A stretch of 64,000 nucleotides of DNA from Octopus sinensis (GCF_006345805.1 NC_043008.1:79670001-79734000), one strand, 5' to 3'; counted from the first letter of the stretch, positions 15,501 through 28,244 are shown. The notes: generated by a model not told the origin, from the sequence alone. Numbers and translations: made by a program.

Positions 15501-15977
15501 GTCAGGATGAAGGATTCAAGGATGCCAAAACAACTCTTTTATGGAGAGTTAGCTAAAGGAGAAAGACCTCCACATAAACCCAAAAAGACGTATAAGGACT
15601 TGCTGAAGGCTTCCTTAAGAGATGCGTGCATCTCTCCTTACACATGGAGGGGGGGCATAGCTATTGATCGTAGCAGGTGGAGAAGGATTGTGCACGAGGG
15701 GACAGCTACTTTTGAGAAATCTCGAGCTGCACATGAGAAAGTAAAGAGGGATGTCAGGAAGGGCATCGCTGTTACAGTTCCAGATGGGAAGGGTCTTCTT
15801 ATGATGCTGACATGCAGAGTCTGTGCAAGACCCTGCCTCAGTAAAGCTGGACTCAAGAGTCATCTTCGTAGTCATAAAGTTAGACAGATGAGTGACAACC
15901 TGGCCACTGGTGGTAGTGTTACACACAATACTAATCATATCTGTCCGGCATGTGGAAGAGAGTGTAATTCAGCAGTA
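12600..15977 (+). mobile_element. Near full-length RTE (BovB-like) LINE: APE, RT and C-terminal C2H2 fingers; disrupted
   Basis: 12624-13004 LNIGCWNV..LSETRL; 13015-13665 GDFNARVG and TDHRLV (APE); 13968-15245 QGDILAP and YADD (RT); 15288-15980 CRVC...HLRSH. Several stops and frameshifts. Upstream 12246-12490 may be the 5' UTR. Confidence 0.93.
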
Positions 15978-16920
15978 TGAATGCATGCATGCATGCATGG
16001 ATATATGCATGTATGTATGTATGTAAGTACGTATGTTTGCATGTATGCATGCATGTATGTGTTTATGCATGCATGTATGCATGTGTTTATGCATGCATGT
16101 ATGTATGTATGCATGCATGTATGTATGCATTTATGCAGGCATGCATGTATGTATGCATGTATGTATGTGTGTATGTATGAATGTATGCATGCATGTATGT
16201 ATTTATGTATTATGTATGCATGCATGCTTGTATGTATGTAAGTATATATGTATGTATGCATACATGCATTCCTGCATGCATGTATGTATGTATGCATGCA
16301 TGTATATATGTATGAATGTAAGTGTATTTATTTATGCATGTATGTATATATGTATCTATGTATGTATGTATGCATGCACTCACGCATGCATGTATGTATT
16401 CATGAATGTATTTATGTATGTATGTATGTATGAATATATGTATGTATGTATCCGTGCATACATGTATATATGTATGCATGCACTCATGCAAGCATGTATG
16501 TATATATGAATGTATCTATGTATGCATGCATCTATGTATGAATGTATGTATGCATGCATGAATGCATGTATATATGTATGTGTGTATGTATGAATGTATG
16601 GGTCTATGTATGTACATATCTATGTATGTATGCATGCATGTATGTATGCACGCACGCATGCATGCATGAATGTATGCATATGTATGCATCTATGGATGTA
16701 TGAATATATGTAAGTATGTATGAATGTATGTATGCATGCATGTATGTATGTCTTTCTGTATGTTTGTATGTATGTATGAATGCATGCATGGACGCATGCA
16801 TGCATGTATGTATGTATGTATGCAGGCATGTATATGTGTATGTATGTACGTATGCATGCATGTATGTATGTTTGTATGTATAAATGTATGTATATATGTA
16901 TGTAGGTATGTACGTATGGC
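15977..16920. repeat. ~0.95-kb degenerate (TATG/ATGC)n microsatellite
   Basis: Directly visible; it is the source of the many spurious MHACM/YVCMY ORFs. Confidence 0.97.
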
Positions 16921-17470
16921 TGTGTCTGTGTGTATGCGCGTGTGCAATATGGTCGTGTGTTTCTGTCCCTTTTCGTATGAATGCGTGCATGTATATGCAC
17001 GCGCGCTAGGGACACTGGAATGATTGTTGTGCTAATAAATACTTCTAGATACACTCCTAATATTCCTTAAGTATTAAAAATATATATATATAAATATATG
17101 TGTGTGTATGTGCGTGTGTGTGTGTGTGTTTATATATGTATAAGTAATATTTGTACCTACCTTAACATAGCTGTCCGTTTGAACAGATTTTTTTAACATC
17201 ACCTCCAGTACTGGTAGAAATAGCCTGAAACGAGAACTAGTCTATTGATCCAGTCGCTGGGAAGTGGAAGGAGTTCGCTCCCTTGCTCGCAATTCATTGG
17301 ATGCAGCATCACCTCTTGCTGCATCCAAGGAATTGCGAGCAAGGGAGCGAACTCCTTCCACTTTCCAGCGACTGGATAAATAGACTAGTTCTCGTTTCAG
17401 GCTATTTCTACCAGTACTGGACACCTTATCTGCTACAGATGGTAGAAACTCGCTTCTGCTCGCAACATAC

Positions 17471-17480
<10 letters not shown>
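16915..17480 (+). repeat. Interspersed repeat, copy A (homologous to 63350-63770), carrying a 216-bp palindrome
   Basis: Collinear with 63.35-63.77 kb from atggctgtgtctgtgtgtatgcgcgtgtg through gatggtag.aactcgc. Confidence 0.85.
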
Positions 17481-17520
<40 letters not shown>

Positions 17521-17925
17521 TTGGTTAAGGTGATTCAAACTGCAGACTCAACGCAAAATGGTTACATTTAATTCAAAGCGTTAAAAATGTTATGAAAACA
17601 ATTGGTATGTGTTCACAAAGTCCAAACGATTAATGCGAAAAAAACCTCCAGGCTACATCCCGAAAATTCATTTCTTTGCCGAATTTCAAATTCTTTATTA
17701 CCCACTAGGGGCGACATAGACAAGAACATGACAATCACGAATGATGATACAATAAGATGCTTTGTGGGATCAATTTAAAAATTTGACTGAACAATAAAAT
17801 CGAATGAAATTACAATTACAATTACAAAGACACATTTACAAATTGACAGAATGCAGTGGGGCGGGTCCGCGGACCCCACGCTCCCCGCCACGACACTTAG
17901 ACTTGTGTTTACTTTTTTTCCAGGT

Positions 17926-18732
17926 CTATCTCGCATTTGTGAGGGACCTTTTATTCGCCACATTCTTCCACCTTTCATCGAATACTTTCTTACTCAGGCT
18001 CCTCCTCTCCAGTTCTATTTGTCTTTTCAGGTGGAATTTGAAGTATTCCACCAGACTAGAACCGGAGATGAAGTCGCCTGTTAGCATCCTTTTCACCCGC
18101 GTCTTCCATACTGCCTGTTTCGCAATTGAAACCACAGAGAGAAAACAATTCTTACCTTCTTTCGTTAAGAAATCAGGTGGGCTGATTTTCACAATGGATT
18201 CGGCTGATAGCTGTACTCTTCCTCCACTTGACATCAGTTGTTCGGCATAAACCTCCGGGCACTGCACGATCGCGTGCGAGACGGTTTCCCTGTCTCGCCC
18301 ACATCTCGCGCAGGTCGGGCTGACTGGGGCACCATGCCTTGCGAGTTTATCTCGAACAGGTAAGGCTCCTCGGTAACACTGCCAAGCCAAAGACTTCTGG
18401 AAATTATCCAGTGCCTTCGGCCCGAATGTACGTTGGAACAGACTGGCCAGCTGATTATCGTCGAAACCTAGGGTTTCCCCTAGCGTATCATCGTTACCGG
18501 CCTCTACAAAGCCGCTATAAAACACAGCGGTAGAACCACTGCCGCAGGCATTGCCCGAGCGACGGAATAGTCGGAGTGCCTTGCGGCACTCCGTGTACCA
18601 TATACCCAACTTCGATCTACGATTATACCAGTCTTCCCGTCTACCGAACCTGGTGAACCTGGGAAACATCTGCTTCGCCAGCGGAGACCACACCCGTTCA
18701 CCATCCAGACGGAGCCACAGGTGCCTTAGCAT
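17926..18732 (-). CDS. Tx1 ORF2 C-terminus with zf-RVT/CCHC
   Basis: LPVRDKL...CARCGRDRETVSHAIVQC. Confidence 0.85.
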   Translation of the reverse strand: MLRHLWLRLDGERVWSPLAKQMFPRFTRFGRREDWYNRRSKLGIWYTECRKALRLFRRSGNACGSGSTAVFYSGFVEAGNDDTLGETLGFDDNQLASLFQRTFGPKALDNFQKSLAWQCYRGALPVRDKLARHGAPVSPTCARCGRDRETVSHAIVQCPEVYAEQLMSSGGRVQLSAESIVKISPPDFLTKEGKNCFLSVVSIAKQAVWKTRVKRMLTGDFISGSSLVEYFKFHLKRQIELERRSLSKKVFDERWKNVANKRSLTNAR

Positions 18733-19009
18733 TTCTGCGCATCGTTAGCCACGGCATCCCTAGTCCACCCTGTAACGGTTTTTGACAACAAATAGAGCGT
18801 TTCACAAGTGGTTTCGAGCCCTTCCACAAAAAGTGAAAGAGCTGTCTCTCCAACTTGTTCAACCACGAATCCGGGCAAGGCACGACGGTAAGGCGGTAGG
18901 TGATCACCGATGCGATAAACACATTGGCTACCTCCGCCCTACCTTTCAGGGATAACCACCGCCAAGACTAGGTCTTGACTACTGCGGTCACCCTGCTCGA
19001 TACCTCGCT

Positions 19010-19942
19010 TCAGTTCTTCTCTATTTGGAGGCCTGGTCCAAACCAGACCCCGAGCAACTTAATCGGGCCCTCCGTCCAACGTCCCACGACGCTGTCTGGA
19101 GGCATCGACTTGCCTCTCCAGGTGCCGAGTTGCAAGCCGACTGACTTTTCACGATTAACCTTTGTTCCTGTCACCGTCTCGTAAACCTCTATGGCCTTAC
19201 CTACTTTACGTAGGAGGTCCACTTCGGTCACGATGATAGTGATGTCATCCGCGTACGCCGAAACCGACATTCCACGACCTGGCTGCCTCGGGATGCCACT
19301 CAGTTTTCGCAGCAGCGGCTCGAGAGCCACTACATACAAAAGCGGGGAGAGCGGACATCCCTGACGGACCGAGCGTTTGACCTTGAACGGCTTAGAAATA
19401 AAGCCGTTCACCCGAACTACCGAGTCGACGTTGTCATACAATTGTATGATCCACCTGAGGAAGCCAAGACCCAGGCCGAACTGAGCCAGGACGGACACCA
19501 GGTAACGATGGTCGACCCTATCGAAAGCTTTTGACTGGTCTAAATGGACCACTGCCCCTCCCTTGCCGGGATCGTTATCTATTCCCTCTATCGTGTATCT
19601 AATTAGATGGAGATTATCCTGAATGGTTCTGCCCGGTACGGCGCACGTTTGCGCTTTCCCGATCAGTCCATTCGCGACATGCGCCAATCTGTTCGATAAC
19701 ACTTTGGCCAAAATCTTCAACTCTGCGTTAAGCAGAGTGATGGGCCTGAAATTATCAATGACGTCGCCCTTGCTCTGGTCCTTCCTGACTAGTGTCACCA
19801 CTCCCCGGCGCACAGATCTGGGTATGAACCCATTCTGCTGCCAGTTCGCCAGTAAGTCCCCGAACAAGTCCGGCATACTTTTATAAAGCTCGTAGGGCAG
19901 ACCATCCAGCCCCGGCGCCTTACCCGCACCGCAGTCTGCCAT
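19010..19942 (-). CDS. Tx1 ORF2 reverse transcriptase fragment
   Basis: KAPGLDGLPYE, FRPITLLNAELKILAKVL, LDQSKAFDRV, RQGCPLSPLL, AYADD. Confidence 0.93.
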   Translation of the reverse strand: MADCGAGKAPGLDGLPYELYKSMPDLFGDLLANWQQNGFIPRSVRRGVVTLVRKDQSKGDVIDNFRPITLLNAELKILAKVLSNRLAHVANGLIGKAQTCAVPGRTIQDNLHLIRYTIEGIDNDPGKGGAVVHLDQSKAFDRVDHRYLVSVLAQFGLGLGFLRWIIQLYDNVDSVVRVNGFISKPFKVKRSVRQGCPLSPLLYVVALEPLLRKLSGIPRQPGRGMSVSAYADDITIIVTEVDLLRKVGKAIEVYETVTGTKVNREKSVGLQLGTWRGKSMPPDSVVGRWTEGPIKLLGVWFGPGLQIEKN

Positions 19943-20566
19943 GGCCTCTATTACCTCCTCAGGCGTGATCGGCTTCTCACTACACTCCGCGTCCTGCCCC
20001 GAGAGGCGCGGCAGCCCGTCGAGGAAGTCCGTTAGGTCCCTCTTCCTATCCGGTCCGCCGCTCCCCCCAAAGAGCTGGGCGAAGTTGGTTCGTCAGAGAT
20101 CGAATTGTGGCATCGTTGCCACGTTGGGCTTCCACCACTCGGGCCCATCTCGCGGCATTAATTCCTTCGCTCCCCATTATACGTTGTCTAGCTCTGATAA
20201 TGCAACCCATGTGTTTGGCTTCGAGGTGCTGATTTAAAACCAGTCTCTTGGCCTTCACCTGAGCCGCGTTGCCAGTTCGCATTGCTTCCTCTAGGTCCTT
20301 AACTAGAGTAGTTTCTTTTCTAGCCTCTCCAGCTACGAGATCTATACTATATCTAATAGACTCATATCTTATGGCTCGCTTGAGGGGATACCACCATTTG
20401 TTATTGATAATGGAGCCGGTCATGGCCCTCTGGATCATTAACCTAATCCTGGCACTGTACTCCTTAATCGCCAAAAGGGACGTATTAAGTTTCCACTAAC
20501 CAGGACCTCTATTTATCTTATCTACGTCTAGCTTACAGGTGACCATCTTGTGGTCACTGTAGCTGA

Positions 20567-21205
20567 CTATGTGGAGCTGTGGTTTCTATCTACCTTCCTA
20601 ATTAAAATCCATGACCTTGACGATCCGTCGCTGTTTGTCCATGTCCACAATGGAGCGTCCGGATGTTCCAGTCTATATGGATCTACCAGCTCAAAACGTC
20701 TTAGTAGATCCAGGAAGCAAGCATTTCCTTTCCTGTCTGTTTGCGAGCCTACACAGTCTACCCGCACATTGCCGATTGTGTTGTAGTCTCCTAACATTAC
20801 TAAAGGGCACGATGTACTGAGAAACTTCTCCAGGTTCCGAAAATACTCACTATTCCACTTATTATTGGGGGCGTAAACCGCAACCAGTCTGATTGTCTTA
20901 CGACTGCTGGACGTCAAATCAACGACGACCAGCCTACCTTCTGGATCTGCAAAAATCAACTTTTTCCCAGAAACCGGGTTCTCTTTCACCAGGACCAACA
21001 CCCCACTTCCGCCGACCGACGGGTTCGGAGAGATAATTCTCTCGTAACCGTCGAACAGCGGGAGCAGATCTCTTGGCCCTTTTAACCGGGTTTCTGTGGC
21101 AACAACATCTAAATCCCGTGACCTGATGTCATTTAGGAAGCGCCCTTGCTTCCAGCTCGCCATCAAGCCACGAACATTTACACATCCTACACAAATACGA
21201 GACAT
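20567..21205 (-). CDS. Tx1 ORF2 APE endonuclease fragment
   Basis: CVNVRGL, ATETRL, VAVYAPN, LGDYN, WTWTN. Confidence 0.88.
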   Translation of the reverse strand: MSRICVGCVNVRGLMASWKQGRFLNDIRSRDLDVVATETRLKGPRDLLPLFDGYERIISPNPSVGGSGVLVLVKENPVSGKKLIFADPEGRLVVVDLTSSSRKTIRLVAVYAPNNKWNSEYFRNLEKFLSTSCPLVMLGDYNTIGNVRVDCVGSQTDRKGNACFLDLLRRFELVDPYRLEHPDAPLWTWTNSDGSSRSWILIRKVDRNHSST

Positions 21206-21451
21206 TTTACTTACCTTACGATGGTGTCCCTGTTGGTCGGGGGGTGAAGTCCGCTTTAATCAGTGACTCGTCCACTTCGAGTCGCGGACCCCTTATGTCC
21301 CCTGCAAACTGTGCGTTTATTATGTTATAGTTCAAAAGGTCCAATTTGTAAATTTCTACATTTTTATGTAGATTTCTATGGGGTTTTATTTTTCCCGCGC
21401 TTGGTATGTTTCCAATTGCGCTGTCGTTGTCCTTATTTATTGCAGCATATA

Positions 21452-22006
21452 CTATTTGAAATTCTGTAACTCTTTTTTGTGGGCTTTGTGGGGGTGATGG
21501 GGAGGAGGTGGAGGGGGAGACCGGGGAGTATGACGGGGAGGAGCACGGGGAAGTCGTTTGGAGGGGAGGGTAATGCTGGGTACAGTGGGGTGGGGGTGGT
21601 TCGGGTTGGTCTGGGGTGGTCTTATCTTTTTTCCCTTTTTGTGGGAACCAAGTTTGGGAGGGGTAATGGTCTTTTTTATGCCAGGGTTGGTGTGTTCATG
21701 TCTGTTTTTTCTTTTTGTCACCTTCCTTGGCGTTACGAAATCGTCTTCTTGTGTTTTCTCTTCTGTTATGATATTTTTTCTCCTCTCCTCTTCTGTTTTT
21801 CTCTTCTCTTCTTCCTCCTTCTTGCGGGCCGGGCATTCTGCTCGGATATGGCCCTTTTCACCACACCCGTAGCATCTGGGCTTACGCCCCTCCACCACCC
21901 GCAAGTTTATGTCGTCATCGAAGTCGATACTTTCGGGGACCTCCTCTAACGTCTCTGGCGCTGCCTGCACTATTACTTCCAGCGCCTGTCCCTTCCAATT
22001 CTCCAT
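21452..22006 (-). CDS. Tx1 ORF1 fragment with CCHC zinc knuckle
   Basis: CYGCGEKGHIRAECP followed by a charged coiled segment. Confidence 0.8.
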   Translation of the reverse strand: MENWKGQALEVIVQAAPETLEEVPESIDFDDDINLRVVEGRKPRCYGCGEKGHIRAECPARKKEEEEKRKTEEERRKNIITEEKTQEDDFVTPRKVTKRKNRHEHTNPGIKKTITPPKLGSHKKGKKIRPPQTNPNHPHPTVPSITLPSKRLPRAPPRHTPRSPPPPPPHHPHKAHKKELQNFK

Positions 22007-22399
22007 CTTAATCTTGGTTATGTGGATAATTTTTTCTCCTTAATTAAGAACGATGTAAAAGTCACTATTTTCTTCATCGTGTTAACACACAAAATATATA
22101 TTTCACAATACTTCCCCTCCTTAAAGGTGGGGAATAACAAAGTTCTCTGGTTCACAAACCATTCAAATTTTCAAAACAACGTTTTAACAACAAATTTTCA
22201 ACAAGGTAAATCAAACACAATTATTAACAATATTTTAGCTTACTTTCAACACACAACCGACGCCTTCAAAGATTCTTTGGCGAATTTCTACAACGTTTAC
22301 GGCGATTCATTTTTATATCTTGATTTTTTATTTTTCATGCAATTTTCGCATGCTTGCACGCGTGGTGAACACATTTCACGTCAAACAATGCATGGGATA

Positions 22400-24540
22400 A
22401 GGCCTAAACAAACACATTATCGATTTTTGCACTTGCGAGATGAATTTCGGAATAGAAATAGCACAGTTCACATGAACATATTTTGCAACCACGTCTCAAA
22501 GCAAATGAGGCGAACATATATGCGTGGCGTGTCTCAGTGCATGTCTAGGAACCGACAGGCAAGAGTGGCGCGAAATTAGAAATGTGTTCCTTTATATAAG
22601 GGATCAACTCAGTTGGAAAATTCTAGAATTTTCGAGAAGGTCAGAAGAGATTACTCTCGTTAGATCCCTTTTTCATTTTGCTTTCCTGCTTGACTGTCAG
22701 GGGTCACTACATAACTCCCTCCCCAGGCGAGAAGTCGATAAGCAAAATCATTGTAGTGATCCAGGGTAGATATGAAGCAAAACGACGTAGCAGAAATATG
22801 TGCAGAAATATGTGCTTGCGAAACAAGTAGTAAAATAGGAGAAAATCAATACATGCATTGTGATAGGTACTGAATATAATTGCAGAGTTTGGTGCAGCAA
22901 ACCTTTATACACAGCTATGCACATCAAAACTAAATGCAAAACATGGCAATATGAAAAATACAATGTGAAATGTGCATGAGAAAAATGGTTTTGAACAAAT
23001 GTTCTTTTGTAAAAGAAATAGCAAGCAGTTTGTTTTGTAACACAACGTTAAATATAAATAGTTCTGGATAATTTTTGTAGCCAATGTACTGTTCTGCCAC
23101 TTCTTGTGATATAAAGTTTAGAGGTGTGTTGTGTTTGCGGTGCATGTGGTAGTGTTGGTGAATGTGCGTATTATGTCAGGTACTGGAATGAGATTTTCTG
23201 GGAAAGCCCTTCTGACGATGGATATTGTTTCTTTTTGACCATTAACGTCGACTATGACTATGAAGTTTTTTCGTGAGATGTCTGATGGGACAGTAGAAGA
23301 AATGGATTAATCGCGCAGAGACATTGGTGGAAGATTGGAGAAGTAAGAACGAAGTCTGTTGATGTATCAGAATCTGATGAATCAACTGGTGTTAACGTTT
23401 GACCGGGAAACATCAAGGTGGTACCATAAAGAAGTTCGGCTGAGGAGAAACCTAAATGTGTCTTAACAACATAACGGCAACCAGGGAGAACAATTGGTAG
23501 GAATTCGCTCCAACGTTGCAGATCAGGAGTAGCGCGTAGTGCAGCTTTTAACTGTCTGTGGAATTGTTCTATCATTCCATGGTATGAATTCGATGAGCAC
23601 CCAAGAGTAGAAATATTTTACAAAATAAAGAAGCTTCAAACTGGCGTCCCCTATCTGGTTATTTTAGATGGGACACCAAAGCAATTGGAAATGAACGCTT
23701 GGGCGACGGATTCGGCTGTGGTGTCAATCAGAGGTATGTTTTCAGGCCATCGAGAGAAGCGATCGATGCAAGTCAAGATGTTGACATGACGGAAACGAGC
23801 ATCCGGTGGGCTGAATTTTTCGAGAGGAGCACGAATATGTCTATGGACCTTGGCACGTTGACAATACAAACGTGTCCAACTAGTGACGGTCAGAAGAAAT
23901 GGGTTGTATTGAGCCTTCCGGCTATGCCGGAATGTGATTGGAATGAAGAGCATTGGAAATAGTACACTGATGATGATGTGGAACAAGCGGTCCACAAAGG
24001 ATGGAAGACGTAAGTATTTCAGCAGATGGAAGATTGGTAGGAATTCAAATCTGCAATTATTCGTTGGAAGAAGTCTCCAAAGAGTCCCAAAAAGTTTGGT
24101 GTGTGGCGATAGCAATCAAATTGCAGGAGACGAAAGTGAACACAGGAAATTTGGATAATGCATCAGCTGGTATGAATGTCGCTTGTGAAATCCAAGTGTC
24201 TGTATGTTCTCGGCGAGTATTTGGACAGAAGAGCGAATGTAAGAGGTTTATGATCTGTGAATACTGTGAACTCCCGATGGCGGAAGTGTCTCACAGCAAG
24301 ATAAACTGCTAAGAACTCTCTGTCAAAGGTACTGTAACGCTGGCTTGAGTTGACGAGAAAAAGGCAAATGGTTGAGATTTCTGGTTGATGATGTGTTCTA
24401 AAACGGCGCTGACAGCGATCGTGGACGCATCAACGGTTAGGAATAGTTTTGCGTTTGCAGTAGGATGAGCGTGAAAGGAAACTTTAGCTAATTCAGCTTG
24501 GAAGGCGTCAACAGAAATCTTCTTTGTGGATTTCAAAAGT
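22400..24540 (-). mobile_element. Ty3/gypsy 3' part: RNase H, integrase, PPT and 3' LTR start
   Basis: LTVDAS (24309-24536), LTCIDRFSRWPE (23651-24115) and EQFHRQLKAAL (23258-23575). On the minus strand, PPT ggggagggag (22724-22715) precedes TGTAGTGACC at 22711, with a TATA-like tatataaagg inside. LTR far end not located. Confidence 0.8.
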
Positions 24541-24659
24541 TGAAAGAACTTGTCTGTAAAAATTTATGCTTGCTCTGCTTTTGCCTTGCTCTTGGCTCTC
24601 CATTCTGCTTGCTCTCCTTTTGGCTTGCTCTCCTTTTGTCTTGCACTCCTTTGTGACTT

Positions 24660-27600
24660 AAGTGATCTTTTGGGTAAATATAAGTTATTTGATTAATGAA
24701 AAACTTCACAAAAACATTATAAGTTGAAAATATTTTGACATTTTTTCTCAAAACACTTTTGACTTGAATAAATATAAGTTAACTAACTTTAATTGGATAA
24801 TATTATATTTATGAAACATATCAAAACTTTTCAGTATACAAAATGTGTCAAAATAATGTAATTAGGACTAGAAAAAAACAGTCTTCAGGATGCAAATAAA
24901 TACTAAAAGCAACGTGACTAGTTTTCAGTAAAGCAAATGTTTTAAAATATTACGTAACAACATTCAATAAGCAATTTTGTTTTCTTCTTTATGCTTATTT
25001 GCAATATTTTAAATCATTTTGCTTTCAAAAGACAATTGCTAATACGATTATATTTATCACAAAACTATTCATTATACAAGATGTGACAAAATATTGCAAA
25101 TAAGTATTAGAAAACGAATTTAAATTTGCAATTTTGTTCACTTTTTTATGCTTATTTACAATATTTTGATATATTTTGTTTTCTGAATGGGTATATATAA
25201 GTTAATTGATTGATAATAATATATATATCCTATCTAAAAAGTTGTCAGTAAAGCAAATGTGACATTTTTCTGAAAGTGTTATATATACTTTTTATGCTTA
25301 TTTGCAATATTTTGACACGCTTTGTTTTCTGAAAAGTTTTGCGACTTCAGTAAAACAAATTTAATTTTGCAATTTTGTTTACTTTTTATGCTTATTTACA
25401 ATATTTTGATACGTTTTGTTGTCTGAAAAGTTTTGCGACGAGTGATCTCTATGGTAATATAAGTTAACTGATTTAGTTCACTGAGAAAACGTCAAAATAT
25501 TGTCAACAATGTTTTTGTGAACTTTTTTGATCAATCAAAAAATTTATATATACCAAAGAGATCGCTCGTCTTTGTGATTTAATTGATCTCTTGGGTAAAT
25601 ATAACTTTTTAGAATATAACTGTTTCAAAATATTGCGAATGAGCATAAAAGGATAAAATTGCAAGGATAAATATCCAAGAAATCACTATAGTCTTCAGGA
25701 TACAACAAGTGTCAAATAATTGCAAATAAATACTGAAACCAATAAATTTGAATTTGCAATTTTATCAATCTATTAACTCCAGTCACAAGTTTAATAAAAA
25801 TCAAATGCAATAAAAGTGAACAATTTTGAAAATTCAAATTTGTTGTTATTTGTCCCAATTTCAATATTCTTACACAATTTGTATACTAACTTTTGCTGTT
25901 TTTGTGAACTTTTTGATCACGCAAATCACATCACTTTTTCGAAAACAGAATGTCAACATATTGCAGAGAAGCGGAAGTGAACTAAATTGCAAATATTTAT
26001 ATGCAATATTTTGACACATTTTGTATACTGAAAACTTTTCACGCTTTTGTGATCTCTTTGATGATTTATAATTTAATAATCAGTTAATCAGAAAAATGTC
26101 ACATTTACTTTACGGACAACTTTTTAGAGATCACTAAGCATAAAAAGTGAATAAAATTGCAAATTTCAAGTTGTTGTTTTCTAGTATTTGCAATATTTTG
26201 ACATCTTGTATACTGAATAGTTTTCATGTTTTTGTGCTCTCTTTGATAAATATAATCAGCTAACGCAAGTCACAAATATCTTTTGAAAGCAAGATGTTTT
26301 AAAATATTGTAAATAAGCATAAAGAAAAAACAAAATTGCTTATTGAATTTTGGTCCTTTTTCGCAATATTTTAAAACATTTGCATTACTGAAAACTATTT
26401 AGATTTTAGTGATCTAACCTACATTTACTTTAGTGTTTACTCAAGTCACAAGTTTTCTGGAAGGAACATGTGTTCAAATTTTGCAAATAAGGAAACAAAA
26501 GAACACAATATTGATAAATTTAGTTTTTGTGTGTATTTACATTATTTTAACACGTGCATTCTGAAGACTATCGTGATCACTTCGATATATTATATTTACC
26601 TAACAGATCAAGCAAGTCACAAGTTCTATGAAAGTTAAGTATGGGAAAATATTTCAAAAAAACAGAAACAGCAAAATTGCAATTTCAAGTTTGATGTTTT
26701 TTGTCTATAAGAAGTGAACAACATTGCAAATTCAAATTTGTTGTGTTTTTGTTATCTTTTACTTATTTGCAATATTTTGACACATCTTGTATACTTTGAG
26801 CTATTTTGCAGTATTTTGCTATTACAGTTCAGCTCCAACAGCCACAGTTATCCAATATTTCCTCATATGCAGTGAACCAGTCTTTCATCAAAACCTACTC
26901 TAGACCTTACCTTGCATTGAGATTTCAAATGGATTTTTGTCATCGCCGACCTGCCTCATACTAGCCTCGGGGCGAATTTACACTACTATTCACCTCTAGT
27001 AGATGTCAAGAAACTACATCTTTATCCACGCCTGCATGTGAATCTACCGCTGTTATCCTCAGCCCATCGTTTTTTGTAACCTGTAGCCTACCCAGATAGT
27101 CCACTCAACTCAACATTTTATTACAACTCATCCCCGAAGATTAGTGACAGACAGGCTGAATTCGGGCACATGCTCCAGCGCGGTATTATACGTCCTACTA
27201 GCCCTTGGGCATCTCCGCTACACTTAGCTCAGATGGGTGAAGCAGATTTTAGATGCATTGGTAATTACAGGAGATTTAATGCTATCACCACGCCCAATCA
27301 TTGTCCCCTACCTAACTTAAAGGACCTCTCATTTACTCCATGTTTGCAATATATTTGCCGAAGTGGATCTGGTACATGCGTATAACCAAATTTCGATGGA
27401 CGCGGAAGATATACCTTCCATCAACGAATTCATACGCGGATTAAATTTTGTTATCAGTATACAAAATGTGTAAGAGTATTAAAATTGGGACAAAAAACAA
27501 CAAATTTGAATTTGCTAAATTGTTTACTTTTGGTGCTTTTGATTTTTATAAAACATTTCGAGTGATCTCTTGGATAAATAGAAGTTTGACAAAATTGCAA

Positions 27601-28100
27601 ATTCAAATTTGTTTATTTCAGTATTTATTTGCAATTATTTGACACTTGTTGTATCCTGAAGACTTTTAAGACTATAGTGATTTCTTGGATATTTATCGAT
27701 ATTTATTTTGTGTCTTCTGAAAAGTTTTGCGACTTGAGTGATCTCTTTGTTAATATGTTAAATGATTAATGAGGTTATACTTATCACAAAAACGTGCAAA
27801 GTTTTCAGCATACAAAATGTTGCAAATAAGTACAAAAACACAACAAATTTGAATTTGCAATGTTGTTTACTTCTTTACTTATTTATAATATATTGACACA
27901 TTGTGTTTTCTAAAATGTTTTGTTATTTTTTGTGATTTCTTAGGTAAATATCAGTTATTTCATTGATCCAAAAGTTCAGTATGTAAAATGTGTGAAAATA
28001 TTAAAAATTGAAAATGCGATTTTGCTTTTTATGCTTTTTTGCAATATTTTCCCATATTTAATTTTCATAGAACTTGTGACTTGCTTGATCTGCATAATCG
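24660..28100. repeat. AT-rich satellite-like repeat block (TTTGCAATATTTTGACAC family), mixed orientation, interrupted by a gypsy fragment
   Basis: The motif tatgcttatttgcaatattttgacacattttgttttctgaaaag recurs on both strands. Same family as 47.3-56 kb. Confidence 0.85.
26860..27430 (+). mobile_element. Ty3/gypsy protease-RT fragment
   Basis: FVIADLPHTSLG (protease-like), then MLQRGIIRPTSPWASPLHL...NYRRFNAITTP..PLPNLKD and VDLVHAYNQI. Confidence 0.8.
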
Positions 28101-28244
28101 CTTCTTACAAGTCTCTCTAGGTGTAACCTTGGATGTCAGTAGATTGTCAGCAGCTGTATTGGTAGAGTGGGAGGACTACAGTAAGTTTATAATGAGTGAC
28201 TACAAATTTATGTGGTCCATTGTAACTATTATTTGAAGTTTATG

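Larger units (their letters stand above)
17760..22300 (-). mobile_element. Tx1/L1-clade LINE, near full length, frameshifted
   Basis: ORF1 zinc knuckle followed by APE, RT and a C-terminal CCHC in canonical order. Ends approximate; no TSD found. Confidence 0.9.

Noticed and set aside
15935-17054. Many Cys/His/Met-rich ORFs on both strands
   Set aside because: Translations of a (TATG/ATGC)n microsatellite, not genes.
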